From: Marsupella aquatica
Lineage: Eukaryota > Plantae > Marchantiophyta
Assembly (NCBI GenBank): GCA_973895155.1
Contig: OZ316898.1
Coordinates: 14,414,330 to 14,478,329, forward strand
Length of the DNA stretch: 64,000 nucleotides
Direction: 5' to 3'
A program made the translations under genes and the position numbers. Positions 1 through 11,798 of the stretch are shown piece after piece (position 1 is the first letter of the stretch; every line of letters begins with the position of its first letter). The notes below the pieces were generated by a model that worked only from the letters and a program-made list of their open reading frames with translations, did no database searches and had not been told where the DNA came from.

Positions 1-2062
1 AGGGGAGTCAGGAGACAGCTGCTACCATGGTGGGCATGTTGCTGGGGATGGTTGTTGCACGTGCAACAGCCGGTGACGCTGTTGCCATGTGGATATCGTT
101 TTTGGTCCTCACAGCTTTCCACATGTATGGTATGTTACTTTCATCACATGAGAAGACTTAGTTGTATCAGTACCAACACTTCCCAAAAGTGAAGAAGGTC
201 AAAATCTTAACAAAAGTGAAGAAGGTAGAATATTAAAGACAGTTCAAATACTTTTGAGCTATTATGCTGTGCCAGAAACCATTGTTGGTGATTTTGGAGT
301 ATTCTTGCACTCACCACTGATATTCTGTGGTTGTCGTTGCTAACGGGCTGTCTTTGCAGCAAACTACAGGGCGGTTCGAAGTCTTTGTCTGACTAGCCTC
401 AATCCTGAAAGAACACAAATTCTTTTGCGATCATACCTGAGGCACGATACAGGTCTCCTAGCTTGACATTCTTGATCGACGTCGTACCTTGTGTTTCGGT
501 TACTGAATTCTCTAGCCGTCAAGATTGTCATTTCCTGATTAATCTTCCCTTACTTAGAAGTGCATTCCTGCGTCATTAGTTATGATCCATATCCCTTGGT
601 CTTGCTTTGGAATACCCACTTCCTGAGCGATGGTAAACAAATTTTCCCTACCAAAATTCAAGGTGTCATTTTGGTCCACTTGAATAGGGACAATTTGAAT
701 GAGATAAGTTAAGTGAATTTGATGTCAACGCAATTTGTATACAGGCATGATATGTCTGTATACATTCAGTGTTTTCCAAGCGCAAGTGGTTTCCAAGACA
801 TTCTAAATGGTTCACATTTAGGCTCTTGGTTCTGTGATATGCAGTTCAACTTCCTACGCCAAAAGAAATGTCAGTTCAAGAGCGTGTTCTTCCTCAGCTA
901 CCAGTACAGCAAGTGTTAGCAATGTGGAGACCGGGCACCTGTCGGAGAATATCTTTTGGATCTCGCATTTCTTCTCTTAGGCCACGCGGGGGGTAATAAG
1001 TTAAACTCTTGTTTCTCTTTTTGCACTTTGTGGTGTGGTTTATTCTATAGGTTAGCCTACCTGGCTTGTTCCTCATCAATTTGTAGAGATTGCAATTCTT
1101 CACGTGTCTGGAAGCAAGAAATTCTAGCAGTTGAGCTGATAAGGTCAAATTCGTCCTTGCGCAGATGGGAGGCTTTCACACGGATCTTGATTCACCAGTA
1201 TGGAAGACGTAGGACGAGTTCTTTGTCTCAAAATTTCATGGTTTTGGTGATTCTCTGATTCTAGGAAAGGAGAAACTAGGTTTTTTCTGTAAGGGTCCAC
1301 ATGCTTAGCATAGATGAAGTCTTTGTTGTTCAACTTGTAGATACAGTGAAGCCGAAAAGGATGGTTTTGGAAAGTATTTACCGGTCTTCTGCTCTAAAAT
1401 ACTGTTAAAATTCACGCAATTGTATGCACTTCTGATCTTGATGGTTTCATTACAAACTCATCTGTTTGCGGATGCAGAAGCGTACGTGGTATCGGTGGAG
1501 GATGGTGTCATTCATGTAATTTTGAACAGACGTGCATCAGCTCAAGACTATCTGCGAGCATATGTGCATGCTCTGCGTCTGAACGAGTTACTGGAAGGAA
1601 GTCCTACTGGCACTGCTGACTCCACAGCCGCAGAAAGGGACTGCTTAGCTTGGATGGAATCCTCTTATACAATGTTCTTGAATATGGTATGGCTGACTTT
1701 AGTTGAATTATTTTTATGTCTGATGGATGGTCAAGGAAATGGTATTGATGATAATTCTGTTTACGGAGCAAGGAACATTTTAGGGGAATTGAAGATCCAC
1801 AACACTGCTGATCTAATTTATGCGTCTTTGCAACATCAAGATTGTCATTAGATATTGTCAACAGAAATTCTGATTCATTTTGTGTTTGAGCTCGTGGCAG
1901 CTTCAACAATCAGGTTGGGTCATTAATCGCATTCAGATTTCAGCTACTGAGTGGCGGGCAGATTGGCCAGAGCAGTCATTAGGAACTGGGAAACTTGATT
2001 CATCTAGCAAAGACCAAACAGATGGGCTCCAACAGCTTTTAGCAGATAGTAAAGATGATTGA
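1..2062 (+). CDS. ROOT UV-B SENSITIVE (RUS/DUF647) family protein, RUS3-like, 5'-partial
   Basis: Exons <1-129, 360-452, 845-992, 1144-1208, 1478-1686, 1901-2062, all GT-AG and phase-consistent. Translation GESQETAATMVGMLLG...FLVLTAFHMYANYRAVRSLCLTSLNPERTQILL...QLPTPKEMSVQERVL...YLRAYVHA...LQQSGW carries the DUF647 motifs SQET and H.YANYRAV..L.L.SLN.ER. Confidence 0.88.
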
Positions 2063-3259
2063 CTCACAGATCTCTGGAAGCAGGGAACGGATGAGCTTTT
2101 GCTTACTGACAGTCATTTCTATGAAGCCTGCTTTTAGTGCAAAACATGGATGTTAGTGCAAGCATCAAGATAGGTCTTTCTTCTTCTGCTTAAACCAGGG
2201 TGCTCTTCGTTGAATCCTTCGTTCATGGATTCGGGAAATACATAGACTCGGAAGCAAACTAAGGTGTTAGAGTCTATAAACTCTTCCTCTGCTCAGCTTC
2301 TGTTCAATAGCCAGTGTTGCATATGAGGTTCGTGCGTGGTGGATATTTGGTACTGTCATGAAATATAAATTGGCCCAGGTTTAGGGTATGCACAGATGTT
2401 TTTACTTTTTAAGAAGGGAAATCTCATTTGAGCAAGCTGTACAGTTACTGTAGATGGCAGGCATGGGAAAACCGATGGGTTATATTGCCGTAGATTCTAA
2501 TTTAATTTCTGCAACTGTCACAAGAGCCTGTGGTGCATGACAAATTTGAGCCGATACACATTGATTCACGACAAGGAAATTCCCCGTCACCAAAAAGTCA
2601 GGGTAAAGAAGTTTTAGACTTGCCAGCGGTGTTGCAAGGATTATTTAGCAGATGGCATGTAGTAGCATCATCGCAGCAGATCGAATAGGTGAAACTCATA
2701 TCATCTCGACGTGCCATCCTGCAACATGGTAAAAACGATTTACAGTATTTTTTCGGCATGCCATGGATCTGGGAGTGAATCATTTTCATCACCTAGTCAA
2801 TTTGTTCTAGTGAATTTAGGTAGCAATTTAGATCACATGGGATAGGTCAAATACATAGATTTGTGATATGAAAAGTCTCCAGCCTTGAAACGCGTTTGCA
2901 AGCAAACAAAAAGAAACCCGGAACGAAGAGTAAATAGGTGGCGAAGTGAACCACACGCAAATGATCGTCAAATGCTTCGATCTCAAGCTGAAATGGAACC
3001 CCGAGTATTCACTCCTAGAGGCCTTTCCGGAAAACAAGGTGTTCCGATATTGTCAAGTATCCAACAAAAACAGCCCAATGAGATGGCAGGTACCAAAAAA
3101 TCCGCAGAGCCAGAACACGGAATCCTTGACACGGGAACCCTCCATACTGAGCAATTACGATTCCTTTGTGAACTCCATTTAAATTATGCCACGCACAATA
3201 TGGAGACGCAACTACATTGTCTGTGAGCCTAATGCTCTTTTATAATGTTCAACACTCAT

Positions 3260-3624
3260 TTACTCTTCCGCAGTATCCTCCGCCCCAGCTACTCTGTTGT
3301 GCTTCTTGGCATACCTTTGGTTCCTCAGGAACTTGGGGTCCATCTGCGCAAGGGAATTTTGCAGGCGGTCAAAATACGCACTTCAGAACAATCTGGACAG
3401 GGACATGATAACAACTTGAGCGAATGCGAAAACAACGAGAAAATAGATCTACGATCGAGCGTGAACCTCATCGCTTTCAATGCCTGCTGGTCCAACAAAA
3501 CTGTGCGACTGAAGAAACTTACTCCTTTCCTGGACACATATTTGGTCTTTTTCGGCTTCTTGATCCCATTTCTATGGGCCTTGTACGACTGATTGTGAGC
3601 CGTGTGATTCTTTGACTTTGCCAT
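3260..3624 (-). CDS. RPL29: 60S ribosomal protein L29 (eL29), 61 aa
   Basis: Exon 3624-3523 encodes [34 protein letters not shown], followed by a GTAAGT donor. Exon 3343-3260 encodes [27 protein letters not shown]. There is a probable ~1-kb 5'UTR intron (donor CAG/GTGAG near 4667, acceptor near 3645). Confidence 0.97.
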
Positions 3625-4739
3625 GGCAACTGCAGAGAAATATCCTGCAAAGGAGAAGAATGAACACTTCCGTTAGAAAGAATAACGTCAAAACAACAAC
3701 CACGACGAGCTACGAGGATTCCTCAAGTTTTGTATCCTCAATTTCTCACTCAATTTATCCAAACAGGTCATCAAGTGGCTGATTTCCTCAACTCCGTCGA
3801 CTAGACAGAAGAGAACCTATGCGTCACTTGATCCCCCCAAGGCCACATTGACAATGAAGAAGGTTCAAAAGGAAGCACTGCAGCACGAAGGTCTAAAACA
3901 CAAAATCTACGTTCCCGAACGGCCAACCCAACCCTACGAAATAATGGAAAAATTCACAGGAACGACATGAAAGCCAAAATCTGCGTTTCTGAGATGGACA
4001 GCATGACATAAGAAAACTGCCACAGAACAAGCAGGGGAAAAATGCTCAACTGAGAATTGATCGGGCAAAACGACAGAAAGTGCAAAAAAACCGGCCACCA
4101 CCCACATAGTTCTCAGCTTAATCGAACAACAAGAAAAATTCTTGAAGAGATCTAAAGAATGAAAAGGATTCGAGTTTTTCAGACATCTTCAACTCGAGGC
4201 AAGCAGCAACAATACCTAATTCAAATCATCACCTATACCCCCCACAGAAACGACAGGCAAGATGCACCACAGGCACGAGAAGCCACAGGAACACTTCCCT
4301 CACGGAGCCTTGTAAAACCACAGCAGGCAGAAGTGTTCCTGATCAAACTAGCCAGAAAACGTGCCGAAAAAGAACCAAATGTATGAAGACGGTACAAACA
4401 TACCTCCCAGTCGTAGCCGATCAAAATCAAAAGATCACAGACGCGTTTCACCAGAGGGAAAAGACTGGGCGGAACAAAACCACAGAAGACAGAAGTATTC
4501 CTAACGCAAAAACTCGTAAAATTTCAACAGAGACGAGCTGCAACAAGAACCACACCGAGGAAGACGGTACCCACCTTCCTCACAGACGTAGCCGACCGAG
4601 ATCACCAGGGCACTACACTGCTAGAGAGAAACGGAAAGTCATGGCGATGAGCAAGCAGTGTTCTCACCTGAGAGAGGCTCCGAGCGGTAGCAACGCGAAG
4701 ACCGTGTGATCGGAAACAAACACTAGATGAGAGGCCAAG

Positions 4740-4755
4740 AAACCCTAAATGGGCC
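4740..4755. promoter_or_regulatory. Telo-box (AAACCCTAA) plus site II (TGGGCC) in the RPL29 promoter
   Basis: aaaccctaa-a-tgggcc lies immediately upstream of the inferred first exon. This pair is the established motif combination of plant ribosomal-protein promoters. Confidence 0.7.
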
Positions 4756-4849
4756 GAAGCTGTCGTAGCTAACCCGGGTATAAATCGCCACTGACCCAGA
4801 AGCAAAACAACCTGGTGTTTTTCATCCATCCATCCACATTACTATAATT

Positions 4850-4880
4850 AATTTGTCGATACCCGTGCCTTGCATAAAAA
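4850..4880 (-). mobile_element. Degenerate Helitron-like 3' terminus (non-autonomous element extending to higher coordinates)
   Basis: acccgtgccttgcat is the reverse complement of a CGTGCAACGCACGGG-type hairpin end. The same motif occurs at 18093 and 54725. Confidence 0.4.
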
Positions 4881-5539
4881 ATATTGTTCCATAAAAACTC
4901 TCGTTGACCCCATGTTCATCCTCGTTGACCCCATGTTCATCCAAGGAATGTTTGTGTGATTAAGTGAAATCAATTTTCATCAAGACGGCAACCAACGGTT
5001 TTAAGTCTCCCTATAGTGTTGGTGTGTGCTCGTACAAAAACAAATGCTCAAAAGATAAAGATCTATCAAACGGAAGGTTGAATGTGGAGGAATTGAGCTT
5101 TCTTATAGGTTTTGCTTACACATTGGAAAAATCATCTTTCAACCATTCTTGATTGATTGTTTGTGAGTTACATTGAGCATTATCGTCACAAGACAGACTA
5201 GAGCACAACACTCAGCTGTTGGCAAAAGAGCGCTTGTCAATTTGGTGGGAAGAACACACAAAACAAACGAGCCGTCACTTCAAACAAAGGATTTGTAGTT
5301 ATTTTTATTTAAGAAAGTTATGGTGTGAGGGGAAGACCAACAATTGTTTCTTTGACATAGAGGCTGCATTTGGCGTCAACCTATGTTTAGAGTGAGCTTT
5401 AGTTGAAGACTATCTAAGAAATGCGAACAATTCAAGTCGGGAAGCAAACATTGTGGACAAGCGATGGTGACGTAATCAAAGAAATCAATTTGTAGCGGCT
5501 AAGTTTGTGACGGTGACGAGATTGTGATATTTCTTAATC

Positions 5540-6030
5540 GAGAAAGGGTTTCCAATGAGCCTCAAATTGATAAATTTTGTCAAGTTTCATATGAGTTTTT
5601 GAATATCTGTGCCTTTCCAATGAGTGTTAGTATAAATTTTTTTGATTATGAGTTCATGAATTCTTTTAGCTTTCTAACATTGAGTCTGACATTTACAAAT
5701 TTTATGTCAGATTTTGTCACGGTACTCAAGAGATCAGGAGGTGTTCAATCTTTTTAACTTTCTAATGTGTGACATTGAGATTATTTGTCAAGAAATAGAG
5801 AGATCATGAGTATCTAAATTTCTCTAGCTTTCCAATGAACCTAACATTGATAGATTTTGTCAAGTACTAAAAAGATGATGAGTTTTTAATTTTACTCTAG
5901 CTTTCCAATGAGTGACATTGAGAAATTTTATCAAGACATTACTAAAGAGATCACGAATTTCTAAATCTTGATCTTGAATTTTCCAATGAATCAAACATTG
6001 GCAAATTTTATCAATTACTAAGGAGATTTA
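5540..6030. repeat. Degenerate AT-rich tandem repeat (TE-internal)
   Basis: Recurring units (c/g)tttccaatga...acattga...attttgtcaag...gagatcatgag, with about 6-8 diverged copies. Confidence 0.6.
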
Positions 6031-6599
6031 TTATTTAGTTTTACAATGTGAAGCCAAATGGGTTTTAATTATGTACATTTCTATCAATTGATTTTTTCAA
6101 ATTTACAAAAAATTAAAAAATATAAGCATTTTGATATAAAACACTGATATATCTTTGACAAACATCAAAATGGTAACTTTGTTTTACTACATGACATCTC
6201 TTCTTTTGTAGTTTGTTTTTTTTACGTTTAATATTTACAGCATGGCGCCCCAAAATTACGTTATTTTTGCCACAAACAGGAATGTGCATGTTTGTTATTG
6301 TTAAAAGTAGGATCATTCCTGTTTGTGGCTAGTTGTGATGATGTGGCGCAACCTCATGGCAGAGAATTTGCAAGAGACCCCTAATGGGGGTCCGTAAATA
6401 AAAATATATCATTATGTAAACAATGTCTTGACGTCAAAGATGTAGCTAAATAAAAAATTATGATGTAAAAAATGTTATTAAATATTAAAAAGATGTCATT
6501 ATGTCAAAGATATGTTACACCAAATATGTGGGTAAGTAATGGGATGTCGTCAGTAAAAGTTGTTGTCAAGTAAAATATGTTGTTAACTTTAAAAAAATA

Positions 6600-7221
6600 C
6601 ACTATGGAGATGAGTTAGGGCAGAGGATGGTGCGTTTTGTCAGGCCTCCATGCGCAAGGACAAAAAAAACCCATTTGGAACTCGGTCCTCGATCTAGGTA
6701 CGAGTCTGAGTCCGAAACGCAAAACCAAGTTCAAGGGCGAAGCGAGGGCAAGACTGAGTCCAAGCAAGGGCAAGACCAACTCCAGGCGAGGGCGACGGCA
6801 GGGATCGGGTGGGTCGTCGTGGCAGGGTTTTAGGGTTGAGTGGGCACGAGGAGGGAGAGTCCGGGCAAGAGGGGAGATCAAGGTCAGAGAAGTGAGAGGG
6901 CAAGAGGGGAGAGCAGGGTGGGGAGGCGGGAGGGGCATGAGGGAGGGGCCGCGAGGTGGGGAGGCAAAAGGGGGCCTGGGAGGCAGAGGGCAGAGCCAGC
7001 CAGCGTCGGCAGCTGTGAGCTGGGCAAGGCTGGCCGCGGGGGGGTCCCAGCTTGCCGCGGCTTGGTGCTGACATCACAGCACTGCAATCCAAGTGATGGC
7101 TTGAATTTCCAATTGGATTTGTGTGTCTTATTGGTTCCATTTTTTCCGGTTGTGATTTTTTTCACCCAAAATGGCCGGGCAAATTTAAAATACAACCACG
7201 GTAAAAATTGGTCCCATAGTG
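6600..7221. mobile_element. Possible non-autonomous TIR element (TA-flanked CACTATGG...CCATAGTG)
   Basis: A perfect 12-bp inverted pair aatacactatgg (6596-6607) / ccatagtgtatt (7214-7225) bounds a GC- and purine-rich block set in AT-rich DNA. Confidence 0.4.
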
Positions 7222-8953
7222 TATTCTAGTTTTTGATAATGTAACATTGGCAATATATTAGATAAATAGTACATTTTTTACTTGCATTGGAAACATCTTG
7301 TTTTCACTTATGCATTGATGGAAAGTAGAGGGATCATCATAGATCTTTGGGCTTGCATGGGCTTATTTACTAATCATTTATGTTTTTTTCTTTTGTCTCA
7401 TTTCAGTGTTTCCTTTTTGGAAAGTGTTCCTTCCCCTTTCATTCACACTAAACATTATTATTTTTAATTTATTCCTTCTCTTTTGCTGGAATCTTCTTTT
7501 TGGACACTATATTTGAATGACAACCACGGTATAAAAGGGTGCAGCCTTGTATTATAGAAGTTAATAAAAAAACAAATGTGTAGAATATCTCCATTGGTTT
7601 GGTCATCACCTGGGTTAATTCGTAAAACCTGGTATGACAGGTTAATTCACTTCTACGAGTAACGTGTAAATCATTTAAGACTGTTCTATAGCTCCTTTGG
7701 ATTATAGTGATTATTAACTGGAAACTGGAATAGCCGGTTCCCGTCTGGAATCAAAAAATGTTTGTGTGTTACTAGAGGTGTTTGAACCCCGGTTTGAACT
7801 CCACTTTTGGGGTATTATGTGTGTAAACTCTCCTTGAATCAAAAAAAATCCTGAGTGTAACAAGAGGCGTCTGAACCCCACTTTTGGGGCGGGTGTGTGT
7901 TAAAAAGCTGATGGTGAGTTTTGAACCCGACCCGACACCTGAGTGTTACAAATTGACTCGAGTTCCCGACTTTAGTTAGTTTGGCTTTAGTAGGGTTAGT
8001 TGACACTTGGTTAGTTTAGGATAAGATTCACTTATTTAGGCCCACACATCTTAGTCCCCCTTGGGGGTATAGGTTGGAGGGAGAGCATTCTCTCCCTCAT
8101 TCTTCACATGTTCTTTCTTATGAACTATGGATCTTTCAGGAGTTTCTCCATGATCGTGGTGTCTTGTCGGTGTAGTGTGAGATTGAGTGCTCTCATGTTT
8201 CGTATTGTTGTCTAGTCTGGAACTGATGGTTATCCTACAAATGGTATCAAAGCTTCGTGTTTGAGGTTCGGTGGCCTGGGCAGTGGTGAGAGCGTTCGTG
8301 TGTTGGATCATGGTGAAAGATTGAATTGTTGTCGACGATTGCGTGATCTTTTCAATGGCCGTTTTGCGTTGATCATTTTGTGTTTGGAAGTGGTGACGGT
8401 TTCCCAATTGAAACTTTGCTGAAGTATCAGACATGTCACAGTGTTTCCAAAGGGTACTTTTAGGAGGACAGTTCGATGATATATTGTGCGCATCGGCGGG
8501 CACTTCGTCTCGGTGAAAGTTTCAAAGCGTTTCATCCAGCAAGTGTGGAGCAATATCATTTTACATTTTGCTGTTTGTAGCCTAATTTCTTTGGCTATGG
8601 AGTCGTAGTGCTTGGCTTGCTCTTGTATGGGATCTTGGGTTGATGTTTTCTTGGGAAAACGTCGAGGTTTTTTTTCATTTTTGAGTAAGTTGAAGTTGCA
8701 TTTTTTCCTTTGTTCACCTCTTGGGTCGCGTTGTGCAACAATTTTTGTGGTGGAGTACGAGTGCAAGTACGCAGCCGTTGGGCACCGTAGAGGCCGGTGA
8801 GGTGAGGTTGTTAGTTAGGGCATAGAGAAAATGACAAGTGAACAGTGATTTTGTCCAAAAATCACGTTCTGTTTAGCACATGTTCTGAGTGGTGGTGAGA
8901 AAGTTCACCCACAAACACTATTCCGCCCCAACTCAGTGGCGGTGAGAAAGTAT

Positions 8954-9085
8954 CCCATGGAACACTGTTCCGTCGAGGTTCTTTGGTGGGAAAACAGTGA
9001 CCCATGGAACACCGTTCCGCGGCAGCTTTGCGGTGGGGAAAAACAGGGACCCACGGAACACTATCCCGCGACAACTTTGAGGAGA
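8954..9085. repeat. ~48-bp tandem repeat, 3 diverged copies
   Basis: ccca(t/c)ggaacac..t(t/c)ccg at 8954, 9001 and 9050; the first two copies continue ...ggtggg(g)aaaacag. Confidence 0.65.
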
Positions 9086-11798
9086 GAATCTTCCCCACTC
9101 TTGCGCCCTATCAGTAGCCCATGGACTGCACAATGCTTATAGGGGCAACTTCTTTAGGTATTTACTTTCAGTCTACAGGCAACTATTGGCTACCGGCAAC
9201 TACCGACCGATGGAACAGGCGCAACGCAACAACATTTAATGTGAAACTCGTTATTTATAGAAGGAAATACAGGTTACCATAACTAGTCAAAAATATTCTT
9301 AGAGCATCTTATATGTTTAAATAGCCTTTGTTCCCAGGTTTCAGTGAGGATAACATAATGCATTTTTAAATTTCTTGAGAACATTTTTAACTTATTCGAG
9401 TAACCTGGATCCACCAGGTTTTTCTTCAGGGATGGTGGCAGTTTAAGGATGTGTGACTGCCATCCCATAGGTTTGCAGGCAGGTTTTGTGGCCTGGTAAT
9501 GACATGCTTTTACAGTGCAATGGTCCATGTAAGCATTGAGAATTGCTTGTGGACTTTGTTTGCACCGTTGCTCACATTTGGGGGAGTCTTTGGCAGCCTA
9601 GACAGAAGATTGCCACTCTTTGGTGGCACGCAGAGACCATTTGGGTGTCGACCTCCTTCAATTTGCTGATTTAGAGTACGGGTGGGAGACCAAACCTGGA
9701 AAACTCATATGCCATAATTAATTTGTTGGAGGTTACAAGCAAAACAGATCACTGCTGGCAATGTACTTAAAGTGAAAAGTGGACTATTTTGTAACCCCAT
9801 AGCTTCAGGGACAGTGGCAGTTAAACATCAGCTCATTGTTGAGAGAGTTCAGGGTGTGAACACTTAGAGTGAAGGCATACAGTGGCCAGCGGTCCAGATC
9901 TGCTCACCGGATGGATTATGCATGGTTAACTTGTTTCTGTGTATCTACAATGTTCACCAGTGTGTTTAGAGCTCTCCCCCATAGTGTACAATAGCTTAGA
10001 GCAATCCCATGACCCATCGCAACATGTGTGCACTGCATTGGGGTCGATGGCAAGGTGATGGGCTGGGCTGTTGTGTCTAATAAAGTCCTATTTACAGGGC
10101 ATTCATCATAATGCCCCCCAAAATGAGAGCTTTAGCTTAAGTTTTGAAGGTTATTATTGGCCACAATGCTTTGCTAACAGGACTTTAATACACTTAAAGC
10201 CCTGACATCTATTTTTACTAATTCTAGTTAAAGTAGCGGAGAATATTGATAATGAGCTGATCCAAATCTTAGATCTGGAAATAAGAAAGAGAAAGATCAC
10301 GAAGGGCATTAAGTTTGCATACAGCACCAGAACCCAATCCCCAAGCAGACATGTCCCCAAGCATGTGTCTGGAGCTTACACAATGTGATGCCAATGTCAT
10401 TGGCAACATTGCTGTCCATGTGTCTCAAGATTATTTGCATTGGGTCTGGCCAGGCAGTTTAGAGTAGAATGGCAAGCCAGGTCATTGGTTCTCATTGACA
10501 CAATCTTGTCCAGTTGAGAATTGTGTTGCTTGAGGATTTCCCTAGATGGGAAAATAATAGTTCTAGCAAAGCAACTTAATTCACTTCTGACAACCCGTGA
10601 TATGCCTGGAAAACTCCAGGTGGGGTCATTCCCGCCCATTTTGAAATTTGGGTATTGGTCATACCAATTTGAGATGTGTTATAATTTAGAAAGTCCTTAG
10701 TTTCTCAAAGTGGTTTAGAGAGATAGATTGGAAGGTCATTAAGTTACATATCTTAAAGTATTTATCATATTGTACAACAAGGAATTTTTTTCCTAAAAGA
10801 ATTCCCATTCACTGTCTCAAACTTTGCAATCTATGAAAAAAGTTTTCTCCTTTTAAAATTAATTAGGGCCCCAATGGGAAGTGTCTTCCAAACTCCCTGC
10901 CACCATGTGCAACCTCATCATTGCTTTTCCTCACTAAAAGCACGTCTATGTTTGTGGGAACAAAGATATATGACTGTTCATGTTTGTAATGAGACCACCA
11001 ACAGTACTTAGACCTGGGAACCTCAAATTACTGGAAAATGCAAATGGTAATGTTAAAATTATCAAACAACGTCGTCAACAAAGTCTGAAGATTCACAAGA
11101 AAATGTGCATTCCTTTGGATTTCTTTTAACGGATGGGATCAGATATTAACGATTAACAATGCTACTGTGCACTTTAAATCCACATTACTTTAAGTTAGTC
11201 AGCTATTCTTTTTGAGTATTCAAATTATTGTTTTTGTGCTACTGTAGGGGCTACTGTCGGGGCTATATAAGCATTATAAGATGCATCAAAAGAGGTTTAT
11301 AGCCATAAATTTGTCATCTCAAGTCCATTGGGGCTGAGAATGAAGAGGATATAGCCTCAGATAAGCAGTGATACGATAATGATGAAATTTGGAGGATGTC
11401 TCTTTGCAAAAGAGTTGTTCAGGAATCTATTTTTGTACATTTCACTGTCCCCACACTTGTGGCTAGAGAAAATTGTGTACTTTTCCTGCTTCTTAAAACT
11501 CGTGAAGAACATGATTGACTAATTGTGATTACCTAGATCTGCCAGGTTTTGCTTTGAGATGGTGGCGGTTGATGTAATATTAGCTTCCTTAGTTACAAGC
11601 ATTACAACATCTATCTACCCACTATAATATACGATCTCGCTTTTTTGTGCTCATCGTCTGCTTACAAAATCCACTTTTGGAGGGAACTCATTATGACCAT
11701 TGGATTTAATTAACATAGTTTAAATTTTCCTGCCCATCAGATCTGTGTAAGGAAGAATAAAGAGTTTGTCCTAGCCTGAGGCAGGGATGGGTTTCCAC

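Noticed and set aside
4110-4235. Intronic box C/D snoRNA in the RPL29 5'UTR intron (GTGATGA...CTGA on the minus strand)
   Set aside because: Box spacing and terminal stem are unconvincing, and I could not identify an rRNA-complementary guide.
6615-7229. Overlapping 100-150-aa ORFs on both strands
   Set aside because: Low-complexity GC-rich repeat sequence lacking stops, with no domain motifs.
8051-8800. 150-aa minus-strand ORFs
   Set aside because: No recognisable domain or splice structure; the T/G strand skew explains the openness. Likely TE-internal DNA.
9280-10640. Possible decayed coding region
   Set aside because: Manual translation gave a stop density close to random and no identifiable motif.
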